Of a stretch of 17,280 nucleotides of DNA, positions 1-7,200 are shown piece after piece (positions within the stretch are counted from its first letter, which is position 1; each line of letters opens with the position of its first letter). The position numbers were made by a program, and so were the translations under genes. Source of the DNA: Candidatus Hodarchaeota archaeon. GTDB taxonomy: Archaea; Asgardarchaeota; Heimdallarchaeia; Hodarchaeales; Hodarchaeaceae. Location: assembly GCA_029856365.1 (NCBI GenBank), contig JAHQWW010000078.1, forward strand, positions 1 to 17,280. Reading direction: 5' to 3'. The notes under the pieces were generated by a model. It did no database searches. It was not told the DNA's origin and saw nothing but the letters and a program-made list of their open reading frames with translations.

Positions 1-1
1 A

Positions 2-859
2 AGCACCGTAGGAAGTACCTTAGGGGTAAATGCTGCGGGGGTAGGAGATGTGAATAACGATGGTTTCGATGATTTTTTACTGAGTGCTTTTTACGGACAA
101 ACAAAGGAAAGAATCATCTATCTCATTTTTGGAAGAACGTCAGATAGGTGGCAGAAAAATGTACCTATTGAGGATGTGGCCAATGTGACAATTTTGATTT
201 CGACGGAGGACGAACATGGTGGGTATGCAGGCAGATATATGTCTGGATTAGGGGATGTGAACAAGGATGGGCTAGATGATTTTGCCTTTGGCGCTTATAA
301 GGATAATGAGGGTGGATCTCAAGCAGGGCAAGTCTTTGTGTTTTTTGGCCGAAACACAACTCATTGGCCTTCAACTCCAACAACTGTGTTTGCTGCTGAT
401 TATGCCAATGCCTCATTTATCGGTGAATCTATTAATGATAATGCTGGTTTTTCGGTTTCAGGGGCTGGAGACATCAATGGGGATGGGTACAATGATATCT
501 TGATTGGTGCTGCAGATGAGTCGAATAAAGGAAAAGCTTATGTCATCTTTGGGCGTACCCATGGATGGGTCATGGATCGGTCTTTATCCCAGGCGAATTT
601 GATATTCAGAAACTATGACCCTTATGATCCAGGGGGCTTTTTCGCGTTCGATGTCTCTGGTCTTGGTGACATCAATGAAGATGGTTACGCGGATTTTAGT
701 ATCAGTGCCCCATTTGCGGACAATTTTAATGGAATAATTTTTGTGATTTTTGGGAATACATCTTGGCCCACTTCCACACCATCACCAGCGTGGACTGCAT
801 TGATCGTTCTTGTATCCTTAGGAATATTAGGATTTAGAAAACAACGATTGAAAGCTTGA
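2..859 (+). CDS. FG-GAP repeat (integrin alpha-type beta-propeller) surface protein with C-terminal membrane anchor; 5'-truncated by the window edge
   Basis: Frame is open from position 2 (STVGSTLGVNAAGVGDVNNDG...), so the 50 start in the ORF track is internal. Four repeats with Ca-binding GD(V/I)NxDGxxD motifs (GDVNNDGFDD, GDVNKDGLDD, GDINGDGYND, GDINEDGYAD), each closing with (L/V)(I/F)FG. Ends with a P/T/S linker, hydrophobic helix and basic tail (PAWTALIVLVSLGILGFRKQRLKA). Confidence 0.9.
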   Translation, partial: STVGSTLGVNAAGVGDVNNDGFDDFLLSAFYGQTKERIIYLIFGRTSDRWQKNVPIEDVANVTILISTEDEHGGYAGRYMSGLGDVNKDGLDDFAFGAYKDNEGGSQAGQVFVFFGRNTTHWPSTPTTVFAADYANASFIGESINDNAGFSVSGAGDINGDGYNDILIGAADESNKGKAYVIFGRTHGWVMDRSLSQANLIFRNYDPYDPGGFFAFDVSGLGDINEDGYADFSISAPFADNFNGIIFVIFGNTSWPTSTPSPAWTALIVLVSLGILGFRKQRLKA

Positions 860-1002
860 TTGTAAGTCTATAGATTCAAGATGTTGTAGGAAATCAATTC
901 CGAATCTTTACATTTCTTATCATTAAATTCGGAGATGGCAGCGAATTACTTCTTTGAATCTCCTCAAAAAAACTGTTCCTAAATCACATTTTCTAGTAAT
1001 AC

Positions 1003-1037
1003 ATAGCGTTGGGTATGTTACCGAAAATACGTATATT
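1003..1037 (+). repeat. Left copy of imperfect direct repeat flanking the RHH-PIN TA operon
   Basis: ttaccgaaaatacgtata (1018-1035) matches ttaccgaatatacgtata (2002-2019) at 17/18; atagcgttgg (1003-1012) recurs exactly at 2017-2026. Confidence 0.75.
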
Positions 1038-1038
1038 G

Positions 1039-1104
1039 ATACGTATAATGTACTTTAACTCAGGATAAGTTAATGAATATACGTAAAATGTATTTTAACA
1101 CAGG
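1039..1104 (+). repeat. Two 26-bp direct repeats with 40-bp period
   Basis: atacgtataatgtactttaactcagg (1039-1064) and atacgtaaaatgtattttaacacagg (1079-1104), 23/26 identical, separated by 14 nt. Confidence 0.8.
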
Positions 1105-1209
1105 TTGAAGACATTCAGATTATAAAGATGAAATATAAAGATTTTTGTGGAATGAGAGAAGAAGAAGAATTGGTCGGGGACGAAGTGTAGTTTTGAAATC
1201 TTGGAAAGC

Positions 1210-1264
1210 TTTTTATGTAAACATATTTGTAATTGGTATACGAGTAAGCAAATATATTGGTGAT
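1210..1264 (+). promoter_or_regulatory. Putative TA promoter/operator and ribosome-binding site
   Basis: TATA-like tttatgta near 1212; inverted repeat atatttg (1223-1229)/caaatat (1249-1255); GGTGAT at 1259-1264 just before the ATG at 1268. Confidence 0.4.
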
Positions 1265-1267
1265 TAA

Positions 1268-1504
1268 ATGGAAGTGGCTTCAGTCAGGTTGACCGATGAA
1301 GAGAGACGATTTTTGGAGCAATTGGTTGCTAAAGGGAAGTATTCTTCCATAAGTGAAGCACTCAAGGCTGGACTTTATGAATTAATGCGTGAGGAGAAAT
1401 TAAAAGAAATTCCATGGAAATCAAGAACCGAGGTCAGGAAATATTTTTCTGAAAAAGAAAAAACATTGAAAGGTCTTGAGGCTCTCCACTATGAAGAAGA
1501 TTAA
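1268..1504 (+). CDS. Ribbon-helix-helix (CopG/Arc/MetJ-type) antitoxin, VapB-like
   Basis: N-terminal beta strand ASVRL, then helix-helix pattern LEQLVAKGKYSSISEALKAGL typical of archaeal RHH proteins; 78 aa; overlaps the downstream PIN gene. Confidence 0.85.
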   Translation: MEVASVRLTDEERRFLEQLVAKGKYSSISEALKAGLYELMREEKLKEIPWKSRTEVRKYFSEKEKTLKGLEALHYEED

Positions 1505-1985
1505 ATTATATTTAGAGAGCTCAGCATTATGGAATCTTTATTATGAAGAAACGGGGGCCGAGTTAGTTGAATATTGTCTTGAAAACTCCCAACTGACCTG
1601 TATTAGTTCTATTTGGAGTCAGCTGGAAATCGAAAGAGGAATAAAGAAGAGGGAAAACCAAAAAGAAATTACTGCTGAGGAAGCAGAAAATTTACGTGTG
1701 TTTATAGAGACCGATGGTAAGCGATTGGCAAGTAAGAAACAATTAGAAATTGTCCCTATTGTGGAAGATTATATTTTTACTGCCAGAAGATTCATTCAGG
1801 AACATAATCTATTCGCTTCCGATGCCTTACATTTAGCATCCGCAGTTCTTCAGGGATGTAAAGGAATCTTGGTTGATGATTACCACTTTAAGCGCTTAAA
1901 TAAAATGATCGAAACCAGAGAGGGAATTGGGATTTACCCTACAACATTGGCTATTTCTGATTTGAAGGTTCAATTACCTCTATAA
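1491..1985 (+). CDS. vapC: PIN-domain toxin (VapC family)
   Basis: LYLESSAL (first PIN acidic position), SQLEI, ASDALHLASA, LVDD. ATG at 1491 is a more plausible start than TTG 1476 and overlaps the antitoxin by 14 nt. Confidence 0.85.
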   Translation: MKKIKLYLESSALWNLYYEETGAELVEYCLENSQLTCISSIWSQLEIERGIKKRENQKEITAEEAENLRVFIETDGKRLASKKQLEIVPIVEDYIFTARRFIQEHNLFASDALHLASAVLQGCKGILVDDYHFKRLNKMIETREGIGIYPTTLAISDLKVQLPL

Positions 1986-1993
1986 TTTTTATT

Positions 1994-2051
1994 GTTGGAT
2001 ATTACCGAATATACGTATAGCGTTGGTATTTCACACGAACATGCGTATATT
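1994..2051 (+). repeat. Right copy (tandem, two degenerate units) of the repeat flanking the TA operon
   Basis: gttggatattaccgaatatacgtatagc followed by gttggtatttcacacgaacatgcgtatatt; both resemble gttgggtatgttaccgaaaatacgtatatt at 1008-1037. Confidence 0.7.
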
Positions 2052-2206
2052 CCCATAATCTATATTTTTAGGAGAAAACAGAATCAAGATATTTAATAAT
2101 TCTTCTTCAGCAAATCAATAAATATTAGAGTTTTGACAAAATCTTTATTTTTAATATCTAATTCTAATTATCTTAAAATTCTATCAAATGTTAAAAAGAG
2201 GATTAA

Positions 2207-2731
2207 TTAATCCAAATCCATTTTTCCCAGTTTAATGGCTTGTTCAGGGCAATTTGGAATGCATATCTTGCAATTACGACAATAGGTGTAATTTATTACT
2301 GCTTTATTATCAATTAGCTTAATTGCTCTGACTGGACAAATTTGCACACAGGTTCCACATCCTATACATCGATCTTTCTGTATTACGGGAAAGAGTTCTT
2401 GTTTCTCTCCTGTGACATCACTAGGAAGGATTTTTTCCCTTTTTTGTGCTTGAAAGTTCTTTTGTGATTGATTTCGTATAGAATATTGATTAGGAAAATT
2501 AATTTGACCCATTGCTCTTGTCATTGGAGAATTACATACAGGACAAGTAATATTCGTACAAGGTACCCCAAGTTGATGAGGAATCTCTATTCTACATTGA
2601 GGATTGATACAGATGCATGTATCACCACCCATTCCAGATCCAATATCCATTCTACGCCATCTTCCTCGCCCTTCACCGAATCTGTGTCCTCCTCCTCGCC
2701 CTCCACCAAACTCTGAATTACGTCTACTCAT
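2207..2731 (-). CDS. 4Fe-4S dicluster ferredoxin-domain protein with N-terminal RG-rich segment and Cys-rich zinc-ribbon-like module
   Basis: CIGCGTCVQICP and CRNCKICIPNCP are two CxxCxxCxxxCP motifs. N-terminus is GGGRGGGHRFGEGRGRWRR; central segment is CICINPQC...PHQLGVPC...CPVCNSPMTR. Confidence 0.9.
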   Translation of the reverse strand: MSRRNSEFGGGRGGGHRFGEGRGRWRRMDIGSGMGGDTCICINPQCRIEIPHQLGVPCTNITCPVCNSPMTRAMGQINFPNQYSIRNQSQKNFQAQKREKILPSDVTGEKQELFPVIQKDRCIGCGTCVQICPVRAIKLIDNKAVINYTYCRNCKICIPNCPEQAIKLGKMDLD

Positions 2732-2949
2732 ATCAATTCATTACGTCCATTATTCACATAAAATATTACTATAGCCATTTTTGTGTTATCGCTAAAAATC
2801 AATATAGGATTTGATATCTTTCTTTAAAAAAGGCTTTTTTTGCACTTTGGTTAATAGTTGAGGTTTTTCTACAGCAATATCTTTTGAATCCAAAATAAAG
2901 AAGTATTTAAGTTAGCCAAAAAGCGATTTTCACAAGAAAGCTGGTTGAT

Positions 2950-3948
2950 TTGGATAACGATTTGTTGAAAAGAGCTTTAATTGCATTTACATGCTCGATA
3001 GGACTGTCCATGATCTTTGTATTTACATATCTGTTTACCTCTTCAGACTCCGTCTTAAAAGACTCTCTTAAATTTTCACTGCAGACTCTCCCCTTATCAC
3101 TTATTACCAGTTTATTTGTTCACAACCATGACGCCCATATTCGCCAAAATATTCTTATGATGCTAATTCTAGGGTCGCTATTCTTCTATTATAGGGGAGT
3201 AAAGAAAGGTTTTGTCTATTATCTCTTTTTTGGAATTATATCCCATCTTTTAGAGATTGTATTTTCTATTCCATTAAACTTCCTCCTCAGATTTCATCTT
3301 GAGTGGGTTTTGGGACATGATATTTCAAAAATTAAGTCATTCTTTTTATTCCCCCCGTCTGGAGCTGGGGCATCTGGTGCACTAATGGGGATGATGGTTA
3401 TTGATTCCTTTGAGTTATTTCAACCATTAAAACGCTCATTCAATGAGTTTAGACAACAGAATGAATCAGAGAGCATATTAAACTATTTCACTCTTGATAA
3501 TATGATAAGATACGTTATTCCTTTTTCCATCACGATAATACCTATCATTCTTGAACGAATAATTGCAGACTGCTCCCGCTTTTATACTATAGTTTCAGTT
3601 AATTTCTTTTTGGAAAACAACTGGTTAACTGGCGTCAACCTATCTTTAGTTAAAATAGTCCCAAGTATGAGTACTGGGAACGTATATTTAGTCCATATTT
3701 TTGGTATAATTGGAGGTGTGATGATCTTACTACTAGAAAAACTTCATCAAAGTAAAAAGGGAAAGTCTATGTCCCTTCTGATATCACGGCCGTTCAGTAG
3801 CTGGGATGCTGAAGTTCACGCTGTATCCTTTGATAATTATTCGAATCCTCATATCATTTCTAAAATATCTCATGAATCTACTAGGGTGCAGGTTCAATCT
3901 TTTCTAGTAACAGGGGTAGGAGAAACGAGATTGGTAAAAGTTGTTTAA
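2950..3948 (+). CDS. Rhomboid-family intramembrane serine protease
   Basis: HNHDAHIRQN (HxxxxHxxxN), GASGA (catalytic Ser142), HIFGIIGG (catalytic His249, HxxGxxxG) and multiple hydrophobic segments. TTG start uncertain. Confidence 0.85.
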   Translation: MDNDLLKRALIAFTCSIGLSMIFVFTYLFTSSDSVLKDSLKFSLQTLPLSLITSLFVHNHDAHIRQNILMMLILGSLFFYYRGVKKGFVYYLFFGIISHLLEIVFSIPLNFLLRFHLEWVLGHDISKIKSFFLFPPSGAGASGALMGMMVIDSFELFQPLKRSFNEFRQQNESESILNYFTLDNMIRYVIPFSITIIPIILERIIADCSRFYTIVSVNFFLENNWLTGVNLSLVKIVPSMSTGNVYLVHIFGIIGGVMILLLEKLHQSKKGKSMSLLISRPFSSWDAEVHAVSFDNYSNPHIISKISHESTRVQVQSFLVTGVGETRLVKVV

Positions 3949-4156
3949 GTTTGGTATAACAACTCTCTGGGTATATTAACAAAATATAAAGATTTAGAGA
4001 GGGCATACTTTGTAATACACACGACCTCTAAGTATTCCTCAAAAAATAATTGATAATTTTTTCCTCTTTAATCATTAATTTTTTATATCTGAAAATGCCA
4101 CTGTAAAACGATGAAAAGAGAAAAATTAATGATTTTAAGGAAGTGCTAATTTAGAT

Positions 4157-4633
4157 ATGGGAATTATGGAAAAACTGAATACACGATACTCGATTGTTGA
4201 TCTTATTATTCTATGTCTCGTGTTACTCTTGTTTTATCTATTATCTCAAACAATGGGCTGGGAACCAATCATTTTTGCTTTATCAATAATCGGATTGAGT
4301 ATTGTAATATTCTTACTGCTATGGAAGTTTATAATTAGAGCATTAACCAAACGAACAATCATAAAGCGGATAAATGCTACTGAAGTCTCTAGTGATGATC
4401 AGTTTAAGAATAGATACGAAGACCCTTATTTCTGGTTCATTGTTCTTCTAGTTGTCTTACTTGTTGTTATTATCCCAAGTTTTTTACTTCTTTTCTTTGG
4501 TTTTGGATCTGTTTTTATCTCAGGAATTACTTTTATTGTTATATCTATTATAGGTGCAGTTATTTCAATTGAGATTCCTTGGCCTTCTAGGATGACACAG
4601 AGGAATCTAGGATTTGAAGTTAAAAAAAAATAA
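4157..4633 (+). CDS. Hypothetical membrane protein (about 4 TM, two helical hairpins)
   Basis: Hydrophobic segments at about aa 12-30, 37-60, 92-115 and 118-140, separated by a charged loop; no family motif recognised. Confidence 0.7.
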   Translation: MGIMEKLNTRYSIVDLIILCLVLLLFYLLSQTMGWEPIIFALSIIGLSIVIFLLLWKFIIRALTKRTIIKRINATEVSSDDQFKNRYEDPYFWFIVLLVVLLVVIIPSFLLLFFGFGSVFISGITFIVISIIGAVISIEIPWPSRMTQRNLGFEVKKK

Positions 4634-4931
4634 TTTATCAAACGATTAAAAGCGAAATGTGACCCCACTAATTGTATGCGGCCGATTTTAAATTAAAATA
4701 GTTAAAAATAGGAATTAAACATCGTTATGTGTTGTATATATTACTATTCTTCTATATGTTTATCTATATAACGCCCTATAACTGAAGAATCGTTGGGTAA
4801 GTTTAACATTTTTTATAAAATGAGACATTATTTAATATATATCATGTGATAAGTTGAAAAATCTGAGTTTTCTTTATAAAGGAGCATAATACGTCATGAT
4901 ATTTGTTTCATGTAGAAACTATAGCGTTGAT

Positions 4932-5423
4932 TTAGGTATTTACATCAATTTCATTTATTTTAGCTTTTAATTGGTCTGTATTCACTATTTCAAATTCTAT
5001 GTTAATTTCTCTGATTCTATTCAACCACTTCGTTTTTAAAAGCTTCTGTAGAGTTATATCTTCACTTACGAAAACATTTGCATGGATTATTGCACTCGTT
5101 AATATTAAACAATCAATATAATCTGAATGGTCAAGTCTAAAGTCAAACGCTAATCTTTGAACTTCTCCATTCCATGGATTTATAGCTGAGATATTTTTCC
5201 AACTGACTAATGCATTTATTCCATCAATCACATCATTAACTGTTAATTTTCCTGATTTTATCATTCTTGCACCCTTTGCAGATAGTTCAAATAATGTAAT
5301 GGAAGAAAATTGCATTTCAAAAGGTTTTTTTTGGTGGATAAGTGAAAAGATTTCTGGAGAAGATTTTTCTACTTTTATTTTTATCAGAGGAAAAAAGTAT
5401 GAGGAATCAAATAGGATTTTCAA
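4932..5423 (-). CDS. vapC: PIN-domain toxin (VapC family)
   Basis: ILFDSS, SITLFEL, DYIDCLILTSA, FVSED conserve the PIN acidic residues; TTG start overlaps the antitoxin TGA stop by 4 nt. Confidence 0.85.
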   Translation of the reverse strand: MKILFDSSYFFPLIKIKVEKSSPEIFSLIHQKKPFEMQFSSITLFELSAKGARMIKSGKLTVNDVIDGINALVSWKNISAINPWNGEVQRLAFDFRLDHSDYIDCLILTSAIIHANVFVSEDITLQKLLKTKWLNRIREINIEFEIVNTDQLKAKINEIDVNT

Positions 5424-5659
5424 CTTTCTAGCTCCTTCGAGAATGTTAAACGATCCTTTTTGAATTCTTTCCAGCTTAGCTTAACCTTTGGAGGTTGCGA
5501 CAATAGCATAATTGGATCTGGAATTATTTCAATGATTAACCGACCATGTATTACCGAATATTTTATTTTTTGGTTCTTTTTGAGTCCAATCGCCTCTCTT
5601 ATCTTTTTCGAGGGGAATAATTCTCCTTTTGAACCTACCTTTCCTTCGTCCGTTGTCAT
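5420..5659 (-). CDS. AbrB/MazE/SpoVT-like antitoxin
   Basis: KVGSKGELFPSKKIREAIGLKKNQKI...GRLIIE matches the swapped-hairpin AbrB pattern; directly upstream of and coupled to the PIN gene. Confidence 0.85.
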   Translation of the reverse strand: MTTDEGKVGSKGELFPSKKIREAIGLKKNQKIKYSVIHGRLIIEIIPDPIMLLSQPPKVKLSWKEFKKDRLTFSKELES

Positions 5660-5685
5660 CTATTTCACTCGAAATTTTAATGATA

Positions 5686-5713
5686 TTTCTGGTATATATA
5701 GTTTTTTCTGGTA
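5686..5713 (-). promoter_or_regulatory. BRE/TATA promoter of AbrB-PIN operon bracketed by 9-bp direct repeats (putative operator)
   Basis: Minus strand reads gaaaaaac-tatatata, about 35 nt upstream of the ATG at 5659; tttctggta occurs at 5686-5694 and 5705-5713. Confidence 0.55.
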
Positions 5714-5915
5714 ATCACACTTTCATTATCGATTCTTTTTTGTAATTACTGCATTGAATCTCTTCAACATTCCCTTTGGTAAATATTATCTTCTTTACAT
5801 TACACGTTGGATTGGTTAATGAAGCTATATACATATTATTATCCTCTCTTCCTATTTTTTCCCTCCTCGATCCCTGTGAGATTACTTGCAAGTGAGGCTT
5901 CTAAAATAAATGGGA

Positions 5916-6536
5916 TTAAGAATTCTTCTTACGCAAGACGGAACTCATAATTTGGTTATACACTACTATAATCTCCTTACCTAATAATTGAAAAGCTTTA
6001 TCTACATTGAGATTGTCCTTAGCAGAAGTCTCAATATAATGGATAGTAAAATTATTGTTCTTTTGGACATATTTTGTTAATTCTCTTGCATAATCAATAC
6101 CAAGTTGGGAGGACACTTGATCTTGAATCTCAGGATTTCTTCGGAGATCGCACTTTGCACCGACAATCAAAAGTGGTCGAATTCCTTCACCATTTAGTTT
6201 CCAATAGGAGTTAATCCATTCCGCGAGATTTATATAGGAATTTTTGTTTGTAATATCAAAAAAGCAAAGTGCACCAACCGCTCCACGATAATAGAGATCA
6301 CTTACAACTTTAAATCGTGGTTGTCCCGCAAGATCCCAAATTTGAAATTTAATTGTGAAATGGGTATTTGTTGAAGAATGAAAAAGGGAAGTTTCTTTGG
6401 AAGCAAAATCAGCTCCAAGAGTCATCAAATACTGCGTATGGAAGGTTTCACCTAACCAGGCCCTACGAAAAGAACTTTTACCAACACCCCCATCACCGAT
6501 CAATAATATTTTAGCTCTAAGGGTAGCCCTCGGCAT
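5916..6536 (-). CDS. Rab-like small GTPase (Ras superfamily; eukaryotic signature protein of Asgard archaea)
   Basis: G1 GDGGVGKS, G2 Thr in YLMTLGADF, G3 WDLAGQ, G4 variant AKCD, G5 ETSAK; RabF-like motifs LGADF, KFQIW, RFKVVS, YYRGA, FFDIT. No C-terminal Cys. GAGGA lies just upstream of the ATG. Confidence 0.93.
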   Translation of the reverse strand: MPRATLRAKILLIGDGGVGKSSFRRAWLGETFHTQYLMTLGADFASKETSLFHSSTNTHFTIKFQIWDLAGQPRFKVVSDLYYRGAVGALCFFDITNKNSYINLAEWINSYWKLNGEGIRPLLIVGAKCDLRRNPEIQDQVSSQLGIDYARELTKYVQKNNNFTIHYIETSAKDNLNVDKAFQLLGKEIIVVYNQIMSSVLRKKNS

Positions 6537-6894
6537 TATTCCTCATTCCCTTCAAAAAGATTGATCTTTACAAAATGACAGTGTTTTTCATTATCTTTTG
6601 TATTTTATGTTAGAGTAAAATATTTAAGATTTCTCATTCGAAAGAAGAAATCTGTCAAAGCCTCGTTCAATATGAATCTGTTATTCATCCACAACTTACC
6701 AACAACGGACAGATATCAGATCGTAATGCTTGGTTTTAGCTGCAATTGAAAAATTACACTCCTGAAACCACCTGACCCTAGACAAGTAAAATAGGATAAG
6801 AGGGCCTTGGAACGATAAAGGCGAAAAGAATATAGATCTATTTCTTCCTTTAAAGAATCTTATCTAACTCTGCTAGGGGAAACCTAGAGTTAAA

Positions 6895-7137
6895 GCTGGT
6901 GCCGATGATGGTTGTGGTATACTATATGATGGTTTATTGATTTTTTATTGGTACAATTTTATTTATTATTGGTGTTTTGATAGTCATAACAGAGTGTTAA
7001 TCTTTATTCTTCTCCCTTTAGAATGGGATAGTCAAATTGATTCCTTTATCACCATTTTTTTGGATTTTATCGTTGGTATTATCACATTCATTAAAGAAAA
7101 ATTTTTTGTTTTTTGTGAAAGTTCTCGAGTAAAATAA
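6895..7137 (+). pseudogene. Probable decayed membrane-protein gene fragment
   Basis: Hydrophobic coding-like segments alternate between frames (…LLIF / FIGTILFIIGVLIVIT / VLIFILLPLEWDSQIDSFITIFLDFIVGIITFIKEK), suggesting frameshifts; no convincing start. Confidence 0.3.
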
Positions 7138-7200
7138 TTATTGTATCAATTCTAATCCAAGAAACATCTATCTGTATCTTAAAAATTAAGTGTAATATAC

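Noticed and set aside
899-933. Inverted repeat tccgaat/attcgga after the FG-GAP gene
   Set aside because: 7-bp arms with a 21-nt loop in AT-rich DNA are not distinguishable from chance.
1039-1104. CRISPR array or canonical dif/loxP site
   Set aside because: Only two units with a 14-nt spacer and no cas genes; the right arm does not match XerD or loxP symmetry.
1008-5812. Integron cassette array: GTTRRRY cores (GTTGGGT at 1008 and 4792, GTTGGAT at 1994 and 5806) bracket both TA operons about 1 kb apart
   Set aside because: No matching RYYYAAC inverse cores or L-box pairing found, no integrase in the window, and a degenerate 7-mer is expected many times by chance. IntegronFinder/HattCI would settle it.
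6858-6900. Twister ribozyme or SAM-I riboswitch (TAACTCTGC...AAGC; gataag/cttatc stem)
   Set aside because: The twister P2 partner strand and a proper P4 are missing; stem polarity and core motifs do not fit SAM-I.
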